From Silvanigrellaceae bacterium (GTDB lineage Bacteria > Bdellovibrionota_B > Oligoflexia > Silvanigrellales > Silvanigrellaceae): a stretch of DNA of 64,000 bases. How positions within the stretch are numbered: position 1 is the first letter of the stretch; the number at the start of each line of letters is the position of its first letter. The stretch is taken from positions 25,492 through 89,491 of the forward strand of contig JBMSQQ010000001.1 in NCBI GenBank assembly GCA_049423385.1, read 5' to 3'. Under the pieces are notes generated by a model, which saw only the letters and a program-made list of their open reading frames with translations, ran no database searches and was not told the origin of the DNA. This document shows positions 1-9,120 of the stretch, one piece after another. The position numbers and the translations under genes were made by a program.

Positions 1-1
1 G

Positions 2-121
2 GTCCACAAGCAAGCACGGTTCACTTTGCAAGACGGAGATCGTCGGGAAATGTGGAAAAATCTGAAACCAGCAGCAACACATGAACAGAAACTCTCCAGT
101 GCGAGGGAATATCGAAAATGA
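2..121 (+). CDS. 3' end of an upstream CDS (partial), translationally coupled to nrdJ
   Basis: Frame 2 is open from the window edge (VHKQARFTLQDGDRREMWKNLKPAATHEQKLSSAREYRK) to TGA at 119-121, overlapping the nrdJ ATG as ATGA. Confidence 0.5.
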   Translation, partial: VHKQARFTLQDGDRREMWKNLKPAATHEQKLSSAREYRK

Positions 122-1974
122 GCCTTGGCCGGAGACTGTTGTCGGAACTGGTATTCTATCGAACCTATCCTGTTTTCACCGACAGCGGATTTCGCGAAAC
201 ACGCAACCAAACCATCTCCAGGGTCGAACAGATGCACCTGGACAGATTTCCTGGCCTGACAAAAGAGATCCGCAATGCCTTTGGATGGATCTATTCCGGA
301 CACGTACGCCCGAGCATGAGATCATTTCAATTTGCCGGAGACCCCATCCGGCGCGAGAACGTCCGTATGTTCAACTGCGCAGGTCAAGGATTGGACAACG
401 TGCAGAAATTTTCGGACTTCCTCTACATCTTGATGTGCGGGACAGGACAGGGATTCTCGGTCGAAAAAAGATTCATCCAGCAATTGCCCGTTATCGTTCA
501 TGGCCATGAGGCACAATTTACGATCGAGGACAGCAAAGAGTCATGGGCTGACAGCGTACGATCATTGATTCTCAATCCCAAGACTCAATTCAATTATGGA
601 CTCATTCGGGCGAGGGGAACCCCGCTGACAACCGGGGGAACAGCAAGCGGACCTGAGCCCCTGAGACAGGCGCATGAACGAATTCGGGAAATTCTCAAAT
701 CAGCCAGGGGTCGCAAACTCAAGGACATCGAGTGCGCAGATATCGTCTGCATGCTCGCAGAAGTTGTTGTTGTTGGAGGTGTCCGGCGCGCGGCTCTGAT
801 TTGCCTTTTTGATTCAGACAGCGCCGAGATGCTCTCCTTCAAATCAGGTCGTTGGTGGGAAACACATCCCTGGCGGGCAAGAACAAACATCAGTGCACGC
901 TTGCTGCGAACCGACGAACATTTTGAGGACAAACTGAGAGCAGTTGTTGCATCATGCTTTGCCAATCAAAGTGGTGAACCTGGTTTAAGCCTGATGAATG
1001 ACCCGGATTGGTTTTACAATCCCTGCCACGAGGTTTCACTCAAGGCATTCTGCAACTTGACCTCGGTCAACGTTGCTGCGTGCAGAAACAGACAGGAATT
1101 TCTCGAGAGCGTGAAGGCAGCAACATTCATTGGAGTTCTGCAAAAAAATTACACTTCATTTCATTACATTTCGCGCCAATGGCAAGTCGACTGCGAGCAG
1201 GAGGCTCTGTTGGGCGTGAGTTTCACCGGCCTTGCGCTGGCATGGCACCTTGTCTCGGAACCCTCTTTGATGGCTGCCGCTGCAGCAATTGCCCTTGAAA
1301 CAGACGAACACTTCTCGCATCTTCTTGGCATGCCGCAGGCAGCCCGCATCGGCACCATCAAGCCCTCGGGAACCGAGTCGGCAGAACTGGGAGTGACTTC
1401 CGGCATCCATGCTGCTCATGCCAAACACTATGTCAGACGCGTCCGTATCGAACGAAATTCTGCGATTGCAGATTATCTTTTGGCACGCTGGACAGAAGGA
1501 GAACCTGGATCGGGATGCTTCATCGAAAGGGATGCACATGGGGAAGGTTCAATCGTTGTCGCATTTCCAGTCTCTCACGATGAAGGAATCATCAGAGCCA
1601 ACGAATCGTCGATTCAACTGCTTGAACGTTGCAAATACATGACCCAAAATTGGATATTGCCGACCCATCGACGGGGACCCAATCCACACAATGTGAGCGT
1701 GACCGTGAGTTACAAGCCACAGGAACACGAAGACATCTGCAACTGGATGATTGCCAACAGAACCTCATTCAGCGGAATCAGTCTGCTTCCCGACAATGGA
1801 GGCGAATATCTGCAGGCACCATTTCAAAGCTTGAGCAAAGACGAATTCGAAAAGCGATGCGCTGAACTTCCGCGAAACCTGGATTTCTCGCAAGTCATCG
1901 GTCCCGCCGGAAAATCGCACGACGACAGATTTATCGATTGGGCATGTGCTGGTGACAGTTGCGAACCATCCTGA
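118..1974 (+). CDS. nrdJ: Class II (adenosylcobalamin-dependent) ribonucleotide reductase, monomeric RTPR-like
   Basis: FNCA, GTGQGFS, GGVRRAA, GEPG, NPCHE (thiyl radical Cys), CNLT, IKPSGT, C-terminal CAGDSC redox pair. Confidence 0.9.
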   Translation: MSLGRRLLSELVFYRTYPVFTDSGFRETRNQTISRVEQMHLDRFPGLTKEIRNAFGWIYSGHVRPSMRSFQFAGDPIRRENVRMFNCAGQGLDNVQKFSDFLYILMCGTGQGFSVEKRFIQQLPVIVHGHEAQFTIEDSKESWADSVRSLILNPKTQFNYGLIRARGTPLTTGGTASGPEPLRQAHERIREILKSARGRKLKDIECADIVCMLAEVVVVGGVRRAALICLFDSDSAEMLSFKSGRWWETHPWRARTNISARLLRTDEHFEDKLRAVVASCFANQSGEPGLSLMNDPDWFYNPCHEVSLKAFCNLTSVNVAACRNRQEFLESVKAATFIGVLQKNYTSFHYISRQWQVDCEQEALLGVSFTGLALAWHLVSEPSLMAAAAAIALETDEHFSHLLGMPQAARIGTIKPSGTESAELGVTSGIHAAHAKHYVRRVRIERNSAIADYLLARWTEGEPGSGCFIERDAHGEGSIVVAFPVSHDEGIIRANESSIQLLERCKYMTQNWILPTHRRGPNPHNVSVTVSYKPQEHEDICNWMIANRTSFSGISLLPDNGGEYLQAPFQSLSKDEFEKRCAELPRNLDFSQVIGPAGKSHDDRFIDWACAGDSCEPS

Positions 1975-1982
1975 GGTGCGAA

Positions 1983-3158
1983 CTATTTTTGGCACTTGAA
2001 TTCGGATCCGAACTCTAGCGCTCCGCCATCAAACACGGATTCCTCCAAAAGTCGGCCTCCGTCACGATTGGGAGAAAACGGCATGACTTCGAATAGCTTC
2101 GTCGTGATTCGTGTTTGAAAAGATTGCTCAGAGCCATTCTTTTCAAATCCTGACTCCTTGGGTATCGCAATTCCTCCGAAAGTCTTCCTGTCCGCGACTG
2201 CGGAAATGGTCAGCCGGCGGTTTAGAAATGCGGAACTCAATTCAAAGTCGCCGTTACAGGCATCAACTTTACTTTCAAAGACAGTGCCGAGATTTTGAGG
2301 CGCAAAATCGATTGAAACGAGGGGGCTTCTGTAACCAACCAGCCAAGCCTCTGGTTTTATCACTCCCACCTGCAATGGTCGTCCGCCGGCCACCGCAACA
2401 CCACGATTGCGGACTTTGTCATAGGCCTGCATCCACACATAAGCAGGCGGAAACGAGACGCCCCAGTTTTTTTCAATGTGGGCGAATCCGGTTCCCGAAA
2501 CACGTTGCAACCCATTTCCATTTCGACTGGGCAGACTTGCCTCAAATTCCACGCGAGAGCGCAAACTGTGGACAAACCAATGCAGTGGAAAAGACCTGAA
2601 AAGGCTGATGTATCCCTCGGGACCAAGGCCACTCGCATTCCACGAAGTCACTTCCAGCCAACGTGCACGAGCTGAAACACCGTTACTCAAACTGAGCTGA
2701 ACTGCATCGGCAGAAAACTCTCCTACACCTTCGGCCGTCCAGCGGAATGATGCCTTTCCCGTCGGAGCAGGATCACGATTTACAATATCGCTATGATTCA
2801 GAAATAATTTGGTGTTCTTCGGAAAGACCTCGAAGGATCGCAAAGGTTGACCCGACGAACCACCATCCAGGACAGCTGCATAGCCAGTAAGACCTTTGCT
2901 CTCGGCGTCTGTTCGAGCTTCGCCCGGTGGCAGATAAGAGCCAACGATGACTCCCAATGACTGCTGTGTGGCGCTGTCGGGCGTAATCCGGACGTACCAA
3001 CCTTCAAACCAGGGTCCGCGATCTGGAAGGCGATGAGGATCGAGCAGCGAATCAACGGAAGATTCAGGTGGTCCAAAACTCCGCTTTTGACATCCCATCG
3101 CAAAAAGAGTCAGAAGTCCCGGCCAAAATATTCTGAACAGAGAATTTCTTTTGTGCAC
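1983..3158 (-). CDS. Tocopherol-cyclase-like protein, probable lipoprotein
   Basis: PWFEGWY and HIEKNWGVSFPPAYVWMQ motifs of the tocopherol cyclase family; basic N-terminus, hydrophobic stretch and lipobox-like FAMGC. Confidence 0.7.
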   Translation of the reverse strand: MHKRNSLFRIFWPGLLTLFAMGCQKRSFGPPESSVDSLLDPHRLPDRGPWFEGWYVRITPDSATQQSLGVIVGSYLPPGEARTDAESKGLTGYAAVLDGGSSGQPLRSFEVFPKNTKLFLNHSDIVNRDPAPTGKASFRWTAEGVGEFSADAVQLSLSNGVSARARWLEVTSWNASGLGPEGYISLFRSFPLHWFVHSLRSRVEFEASLPSRNGNGLQRVSGTGFAHIEKNWGVSFPPAYVWMQAYDKVRNRGVAVAGGRPLQVGVIKPEAWLVGYRSPLVSIDFAPQNLGTVFESKVDACNGDFELSSAFLNRRLTISAVADRKTFGGIAIPKESGFEKNGSEQSFQTRITTKLFEVMPFSPNRDGGRLLEESVFDGGALEFGSEFKCQK

Positions 3159-3187
3159 CGGGCACTCCCATGAAAAGGTTGCGCAGG

Positions 3188-5314
3188 CTACCCGGCCCGC
3201 TTCGACGATTCCTGCCGCAATGCAGACTCGTTCACCTCTGGTTCATGCTCCTCGGATTCAACCACCAAACGTGGACGCATCTTTTGAGCCAATCTGTCCA
3301 CGGCATCTGCCCGTGCCCGTTCGGGTGAAATATCAGAACCACGTCGAAAGACCTGCGTCGTCTGATTCTTCTTCAACCTGCTGCGCACGCGAAGGCCTCT
3401 CACAGCATGTCCAAGATCCTGAACCACATCTTCAATACGATAAGACTGCTCGCGAACATCCTGAACATGACGATTCAGCTCTACTCGAATATTTCCAGTA
3501 TGGTTGAGAGCAGACTCAACCATGTCAACCTGGTCACAGATATTCCTGACAATCTGATCTTGCTCCCTGAGTGACTGAACAGAGAGCTCAATCGCCTCGA
3601 CAACGCTCGGCAAAGGCGTATTCATTTGATGCGAAGACTTTGTAGCCTCGGAAACCATTTGAACGGTTGTGGAAATTCTCTGCCTGAAAACCGCCGAAGC
3701 GTCGAAGATTTGCTTCCTCGATTTTGAAACTGCATCCGAGACCTCCCTCGAAAGCTTCTCGGTGACTTCGGAAAATCCACGTATTTCTTTCGCAACGTTT
3801 GCAAAGCCCTTGCCATGTTGCCCGGCACGGTTTGCTTCGATGGAGGCGTTGAAGCCAACAAGTTGAGCCTTGAACACCAGGTCATTCAATTCGGCAAGGT
3901 GGCCATGAATTTCATCCAAAGACTGCTCAATACCGCCAATCAGCTGTGCAGCCTCCTCGATACCGGAAAGTCCATCAACAACAGGACCCAGATCATTGCG
4001 AACCGAAGACGCATCAGAAATAAAATTGCGCAATGCTTTGGCGCTCTCAGACAATGCTTCTCCGCGGGTTTCCGACTGTGTGAGAATGTCGCGACCTTTT
4101 TGAAGGACATCCGAAATTGACTCAACCCCAACTGAATCGAGTGAACCAATTCGCTTGAGGGCTTCGTTCAATTCATCGCCAACCTCGATCAGCCGGATCG
4201 TCTCATCCTTCAGCTTCACCGAATACTCAAGATATTCCCTCACAAGCGAGCGGGCGGCACCGTAGCCGACAAGTCCAAAAACAACAGTAAACATGAACAA
4301 CAGTGAATAGAAAATTCTCTTTTGGGTGGTGATATCGGACATCACTTCGGCACTGGCTGCCGATACGAGAACCGACCAATTGAGACTCTCGGGAATTCTG
4401 GGGTCCTTGATTTGATGATAGCCCCACAGTCGCTCCGCACGGGTCACACGATCCACTTCCACCAATGCACCCGTTTTTCCGCTGACAGCCTCCTGTGCCG
4501 CAGCTTGGCCCAATTGGGTTGCCACATTCCAGCGTAAAATCCGGTCCTGATTTCTTTTGACTTCTCCCTTTTCTCCAATTACTTCCGAAGAAACTTCGGC
4601 TGAAAGAAGTCCATCCCTGTTCAACAACATCAATTGGGCAGTTTGTACGCCACTGTAACGCATGCTTTCAAAAATGCGCTGGAGTTCGCTTTCAACGAAT
4701 CGAATACTCACCCGTGCCGTAATCACACCAACCCGGTTGCCGTCTGGACCATTCACCGCGCGCGAGAAACCAACGCCTTGCAAGGTCGTGCCATGCAATG
4801 CGCTTGATATTGGATCAACCTGCAGATCTTCAAAGAAGGCTCCTCCGACGAGCCGGGGCTTTTCATTTTTCGGCTCCGCCTTGATCACACCCTGAAACCA
4901 TGGGGTTTCTGCGAACGAGCGGCCCTCCATTGTTTTGTTGTCCAGTGCCCGTCCGTCGAAAGTTTTGGTGTTTGAGGCCAAGAATTTTCCACTTGCATCG
5001 ACAAACATGATGGTGTCGTAGACTTGGTATCCTGCCACGAGAGAATTCAATACGGAGGTCATGGCTTCGCGCTGATTCGATTGAAAGACGGTATTGGATG
5101 CAAAAGCGTCAATATCCGCGGCCCGCTCAAAGAAGGAAGAAGAGACGTTCTGCCCCGCAAGCATGGCACGAGATGTATATTCGGATTTTTGCGCAGTGGT
5201 GCGTGCCTGAAAGTTTTGGTTTGCTTGCAGGAAAGCAAAGACCACCACGGTCGCCAATCCAGCGAGTGCCAGGAACAAAAGCTTGCTCCGCAGCGAAAGT
5301 GCACGCCAGAACAT
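3188..5314 (-). CDS. Methyl-accepting chemotaxis protein with Cache-like periplasmic sensor
   Basis: Two TM segments flanking a large periplasmic domain; signalling hairpin GFNASIEANRAGQHGKGFANVAKEI. Start chosen at the ATG after a GGGAG RBS. Confidence 0.88.
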   Translation of the reverse strand: MFWRALSLRSKLLFLALAGLATVVVFAFLQANQNFQARTTAQKSEYTSRAMLAGQNVSSSFFERAADIDAFASNTVFQSNQREAMTSVLNSLVAGYQVYDTIMFVDASGKFLASNTKTFDGRALDNKTMEGRSFAETPWFQGVIKAEPKNEKPRLVGGAFFEDLQVDPISSALHGTTLQGVGFSRAVNGPDGNRVGVITARVSIRFVESELQRIFESMRYSGVQTAQLMLLNRDGLLSAEVSSEVIGEKGEVKRNQDRILRWNVATQLGQAAAQEAVSGKTGALVEVDRVTRAERLWGYHQIKDPRIPESLNWSVLVSAASAEVMSDITTQKRIFYSLLFMFTVVFGLVGYGAARSLVREYLEYSVKLKDETIRLIEVGDELNEALKRIGSLDSVGVESISDVLQKGRDILTQSETRGEALSESAKALRNFISDASSVRNDLGPVVDGLSGIEEAAQLIGGIEQSLDEIHGHLAELNDLVFKAQLVGFNASIEANRAGQHGKGFANVAKEIRGFSEVTEKLSREVSDAVSKSRKQIFDASAVFRQRISTTVQMVSEATKSSHQMNTPLPSVVEAIELSVQSLREQDQIVRNICDQVDMVESALNHTGNIRVELNRHVQDVREQSYRIEDVVQDLGHAVRGLRVRSRLKKNQTTQVFRRGSDISPERARADAVDRLAQKMRPRLVVESEEHEPEVNESALRQESSKRAG

Positions 5315-5328
5315 GTTCCCGTCTCCCT

Positions 5329-5823
5329 TCAAACGGCCCACCTTTCCTTGCGTTCCGAAGCCACATCAACATGGCTGCAAAGCGCACGAACGTCCAAAAG
5401 GGTAGCCAAACCTTGTTTCAATCTTCCCAATCCAATCATTCCACCAGCTGAAAACGAGCTGGGAATGCTCTTTGCATACTCGATTTCTTTGCTTTCGAGT
5501 TGACAAATTGTCTCGATGGAATCGGCAGCCACGGCCATCAATCCGAGGCCGGATTCACAAACCAGCAGTGCCTTGGGTGTTGCCTTTTCTGCTGTTGCAC
5601 TGTTGTCCGGAAACCAAAGCCTCATGTCCACAACGCCAGCAATTTCGCCGCGAAGGTTGATGATTCCCAGATAATGCTTCTTTGTGTTCGGAACAGGGCG
5701 AGGCTTGTGATACGGAACCACCTCGCGAATACCGGAAAGGGGTGTCCCGTAGAGTTCACCGTGCACACGGAAGAGCAGGAACATGTGACGACTGCCAGTT
5801 TCAAATCCGACCGGATGGTTCAT
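5329..5823 (-). CDS. cheW: Chemotaxis coupling protein CheW
   Basis: FRVHGELYG, IREV, VPNT..LGIINLRGEI..VVD motifs. Confidence 0.9.
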   Translation of the reverse strand: MNHPVGFETGSRHMFLLFRVHGELYGTPLSGIREVVPYHKPRPVPNTKKHYLGIINLRGEIAGVVDMRLWFPDNSATAEKATPKALLVCESGLGLMAVAADSIETICQLESKEIEYAKSIPSSFSAGGMIGLGRLKQGLATLLDVRALCSHVDVASERKERWAV

Positions 5824-7436
5824 GCGACCTCCCGATCTGTTCTCTGTGACCAGAAGGCATCCGTAATATCCACGAGGTCCACCATCAACACCGGATCTCC
5901 GGATCCGGTCATCATTGTTCCCGCAATTCCCTTCACATTTTGAAGGTGAGGTGCGAGAGGTGTGACCACGGATCTCTCTTTTCCAATCAACCTGTCAATT
6001 CCCAACGCTATAGGCTCGCGGCCACAGCGCAGAAGCAATGCATGGGCTTTTTCAATTGCGATCGACGCCTGAACCCGCGGACGTTGGCGCGGCGGAACCT
6101 TCTCGAGCAATTCGGAAAGTGTCACGAAGGGATAAATTTTTGAATTGTACTCGATGAACTGTTTGTCTCCACGCAACGTATGCGTTTTAAAATGGCCCGG
6201 CTCAACCAGATCATCAATCACTTGATTTGGCAACGAGTAAATCTGATCAAGACTCTCGACGACAACCACATCCATCAACCTCAACGACTCCGGCAACGAA
6301 ATCTGGTAGCTGGAAGTTTTGTCCTTCTCTGAAATCACTTTCACTGTTCCGGAAATGACCGACAAGTGTTTGCGCACTTCGTCCAAACGCCTTCTGAGCT
6401 CAGTGGAGGAATTTGTTGGCTCGTTTTCACCAATTCCCCTGCCATCATCTTCAAGGGAAATCCTGACGACTCCATTTTCTGATGTGGCTGAAAGCTTGAA
6501 AACGATCGAAGGAAGCTTTCCGACCTGAACACGCTCATCCGGAGTATCAAAATCCATTTCAAATGCGGTCATGACAAGTTGGGAAAGAGTTTTCCAGAGC
6601 CCATCTATGAGTGCAACATCAACTTCAACTTCTCCACCGTCATGGTCAAACTGAAGCGCAAGACCACGCTCTTCGGCAAGGTCAAGGATGTAATCTTCTA
6701 TGCGACCAAACAACTTGACCAACGAGGTCATTCTCAAACCAACAGCACGATTCTGGATTTCAATCGAAAGCTGTGAGCATATATCCCAAGCGTTGTTGAA
6801 GGTCTCGGAGTTCCGCTCGCCGACCTTCAGGCACTGCGCCATGACCGCATGTTGAGTCGAAAGCCGACCCACAGAATCTATCAACTCCTCAATCCTGAGT
6901 TGTTCCAAACTGATGGTTTGATTCGCGTGCAACGATCCTTCCTTTTGCAGATGGACCGATTGAATTCCACTGGGCTCATCCTGGGAACCAGCGCTCATGG
7001 ATTGCGATTCCGCGAGAGCCCTTTGCATTCCAGACCTGCAAATTCGGATTGCATCACTCAGAGCCGTGATGTCTTCGACATAATCCGGGTCTGTACGGAC
7101 ACCCACCAGCCAACGGCTGAGTGTGGAATGCGCCAATGTCAGTGTGTCGAGAATTGCTTTGTGGGGCTGACTGTCGCTGCGAAGCAATTCGCGTATGAGT
7201 TCCTCACTTGAACCCAAAGTCTGTGCGAACTCTTCGAGCCCGACTCCTCGGCTGGCCCTGCGAAGGTTCTGCGCACAGCGCATGACCCAAAGCAATGCTT
7301 CACGCGTGTCTTCGCCCTTTTCAAGAGCGCAGCACGCTTCGTCCCACTGGCCGAGCAGATCCGCTGCTTCTCCCAGAAAGATATTGAAGACATCCTGAGG
7401 TATGTGCCCCAACAGTCCCACGTGGTCCTCCGACAC
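5820..7436 (-). CDS. CheA-like protein (Hpt-dimerisation-HATPase-CheW architecture) with degenerate catalytic motifs
   Basis: N-terminal IFLGEAADLL Hpt helix, EDDGRGI G1 box, C-terminal CheW domain (GIAGTMMTGSGDPVLMVD). GTG start after GAGG RBS. Confidence 0.8.
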   Translation of the reverse strand: MSEDHVGLLGHIPQDVFNIFLGEAADLLGQWDEACCALEKGEDTREALLWVMRCAQNLRRASRGVGLEEFAQTLGSSEELIRELLRSDSQPHKAILDTLTLAHSTLSRWLVGVRTDPDYVEDITALSDAIRICRSGMQRALAESQSMSAGSQDEPSGIQSVHLQKEGSLHANQTISLEQLRIEELIDSVGRLSTQHAVMAQCLKVGERNSETFNNAWDICSQLSIEIQNRAVGLRMTSLVKLFGRIEDYILDLAEERGLALQFDHDGGEVEVDVALIDGLWKTLSQLVMTAFEMDFDTPDERVQVGKLPSIVFKLSATSENGVVRISLEDDGRGIGENEPTNSSTELRRRLDEVRKHLSVISGTVKVISEKDKTSSYQISLPESLRLMDVVVVESLDQIYSLPNQVIDDLVEPGHFKTHTLRGDKQFIEYNSKIYPFVTLSELLEKVPPRQRPRVQASIAIEKAHALLLRCGREPIALGIDRLIGKERSVVTPLAPHLQNVKGIAGTMMTGSGDPVLMVDLVDITDAFWSQRTDREVA

Positions 7437-7562
7437 CGTTCGTCCTCTGTGGGTTTCGGAATGACCGTTGCGAAAATGAGCCAAGTTGACTGCCAAGAAT
7501 ATGGCGTTCAATTCTAGTGTACCGGGCAAACGTTGCCAAAAGACGATGAAATCAGACTTTCC

Positions 7563-7590
7563 TAAAGTTTTTCCGGTGCGATGCCGATAA
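7563..7590 (+). promoter_or_regulatory. Sigma-28 (FliA)-type promoter
   Basis: TAAA(GTTT)-N16-GCCGATAA, 28 nt upstream of the ATG at 7619. Confidence 0.7.
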
Positions 7591-7618
7591 TGAACAAATT
7601 GTTCTGGAGGCCGAAGTC

Positions 7619-8428
7619 ATGTTCATCAACACTCAACGTATTTTCACGTTCGTGTTTGGAATTTCTGCAGCGGTGGCGGCAGCGGGCTGCGTTCCAGGGC
7701 AATACACCACAGCGCCACTTCCCACCGCCTATAAAAAGTCGGGTGCAGATGGCACGGGTCAACCGGGAATCACAACCACCGCCGGCTCAGACAGCGGTCA
7801 GAAGCCAAGCACCTCAACCAACTCACCGACCACTGGAACTCCAACCAATGGCTCCACTGGAATCACTTTCGCGCCGGGTGTTCCTGAGCAGGATGCGCTC
7901 AGGAAGTGCTTGAACCTGTGGGGCACTGTTCCGTTCAAGGAGATCAAGCCGTCACAAGTCAAGGTCATGGATGTGAATGTGGGCATTGGCGGTGGATTAC
8001 TTGGAAGCAGCTCGCCACTGGGTGGTCTTGGCAACATCATCAACTTTGGAAATCCCAAGGATCTTGAGGTCACGAGTGAACCAAGACTTGTCATTCTGCC
8101 ACTGAGCGTGAACGTTGGAGGCGCGACAACATTCGAATTGATGAACCCAAACGGTTGGTACTGCATGAAGGCTGCAGTGGGAGCCAAAAGCACAGTCAAC
8201 ATCAAGATTCATTGCAACGCGAAACTCGCGCAATCTGATTTGGGTGTCAGCGTTGAAACCAATCCAACGGGCGGCGCAACACCCGGACCAAATGCAACGC
8301 CGGTGATTCCGGTCAAGGTGGGAATCAACGATGGCAAAACCCCGGGAGGGCAACTCGGGATCATGGTTGATTCGAGTGTCAATTTGACCCGCGTCAGCAG
8401 CTCAGGCGTTGCGAACTGCTCTCCCTGA
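7619..8428 (+). CDS. Hypothetical lipoprotein with T/G/P/S-rich linker and Cys-containing C-terminal domain
   Basis: GGAGG RBS; lipobox AAGC; low-complexity linker; domain with CLNLWG..PF, NPNGWYC, IHCNAKLA. Confidence 0.75.
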   Translation: MFINTQRIFTFVFGISAAVAAAGCVPGQYTTAPLPTAYKKSGADGTGQPGITTTAGSDSGQKPSTSTNSPTTGTPTNGSTGITFAPGVPEQDALRKCLNLWGTVPFKEIKPSQVKVMDVNVGIGGGLLGSSSPLGGLGNIINFGNPKDLEVTSEPRLVILPLSVNVGGATTFELMNPNGWYCMKAAVGAKSTVNIKIHCNAKLAQSDLGVSVETNPTGGATPGPNATPVIPVKVGINDGKTPGGQLGIMVDSSVNLTRVSSSGVANCSP

Positions 8429-8520
8429 TTTTCTGGACATTTGACTCATCTGCCTGAATTTGAGTTGCCACTTGCCGGCAACGGTGTCACCCTTTTGCAT
8501 TCGTACAGGAGGTGACAAAC

Positions 8521-9072
8521 ATGGCTTCGATGGCAGCAGTAGCGTCCAAAGTGTTGTTGGTGACGGGACTTTTGAATTTTTCAGTTGCCCGGGCAGACGC
8601 ATTGAAAGTCGGGGACAGCGCTCCAAACCTGAACCTGATCACTCATGAAGGACAACCATTTTCGCTTGAAAGCAGAAAAGGAAAGGGTTGGACAATCCTT
8701 TATTTTTATCCGAAAGCAGGCACTCCGGGATGCACCAAGCAGGCCTGTGCCTTTCGTGATGCGGCCGAAAACATCCGCAAGCAGGGTGCCGAAATCTATG
8801 GAATCAGCACCGATACAGCCGAAAAACTTGCAAGCTTCCACAAAGAACACAATTTGAAATTCACCTTGCTCGCAGACCCGGAAGCAAAGGCTGCAGAGGC
8901 TTTTGGAGTCAAGATTCCGGTCATAAAAATCGCAAAAAGATGGACTTTCATGGTGGATCCGGATCTCAAGATTCGCAACATCGACGACAACGTCGATCCA
9001 CTGCTGGACGCAAAAAACGTAGCCGATATGCTCAAAAAGTTTTCTGCCAAGGCTGAAACTAAAAAACAGTAG
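8521..9072 (+). CDS. bcp: Peroxiredoxin, BCP/PrxQ family, with signal peptide
   Basis: YFYPKAGTPGCTKQACAFRD motif; AGGAGG RBS; N-terminal signal ending ARA. Confidence 0.9.
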   Translation: MASMAAVASKVLLVTGLLNFSVARADALKVGDSAPNLNLITHEGQPFSLESRKGKGWTILYFYPKAGTPGCTKQACAFRDAAENIRKQGAEIYGISTDTAEKLASFHKEHNLKFTLLADPEAKAAEAFGVKIPVIKIAKRWTFMVDPDLKIRNIDDNVDPLLDAKNVADMLKKFSAKAETKKQ

Positions 9073-9120
9073 ACCCGTTTTCAGAGATGCCGAAAACTGG
9101 CCTTCAAGCTTCAGGCTGAA

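Noticed and set aside
7520..7545. TTGGCAACGTTTGC on the minus strand as a sigma-54 promoter for cheA
   Set aside because: GG to GC spacing is 8 nt rather than the required 10.
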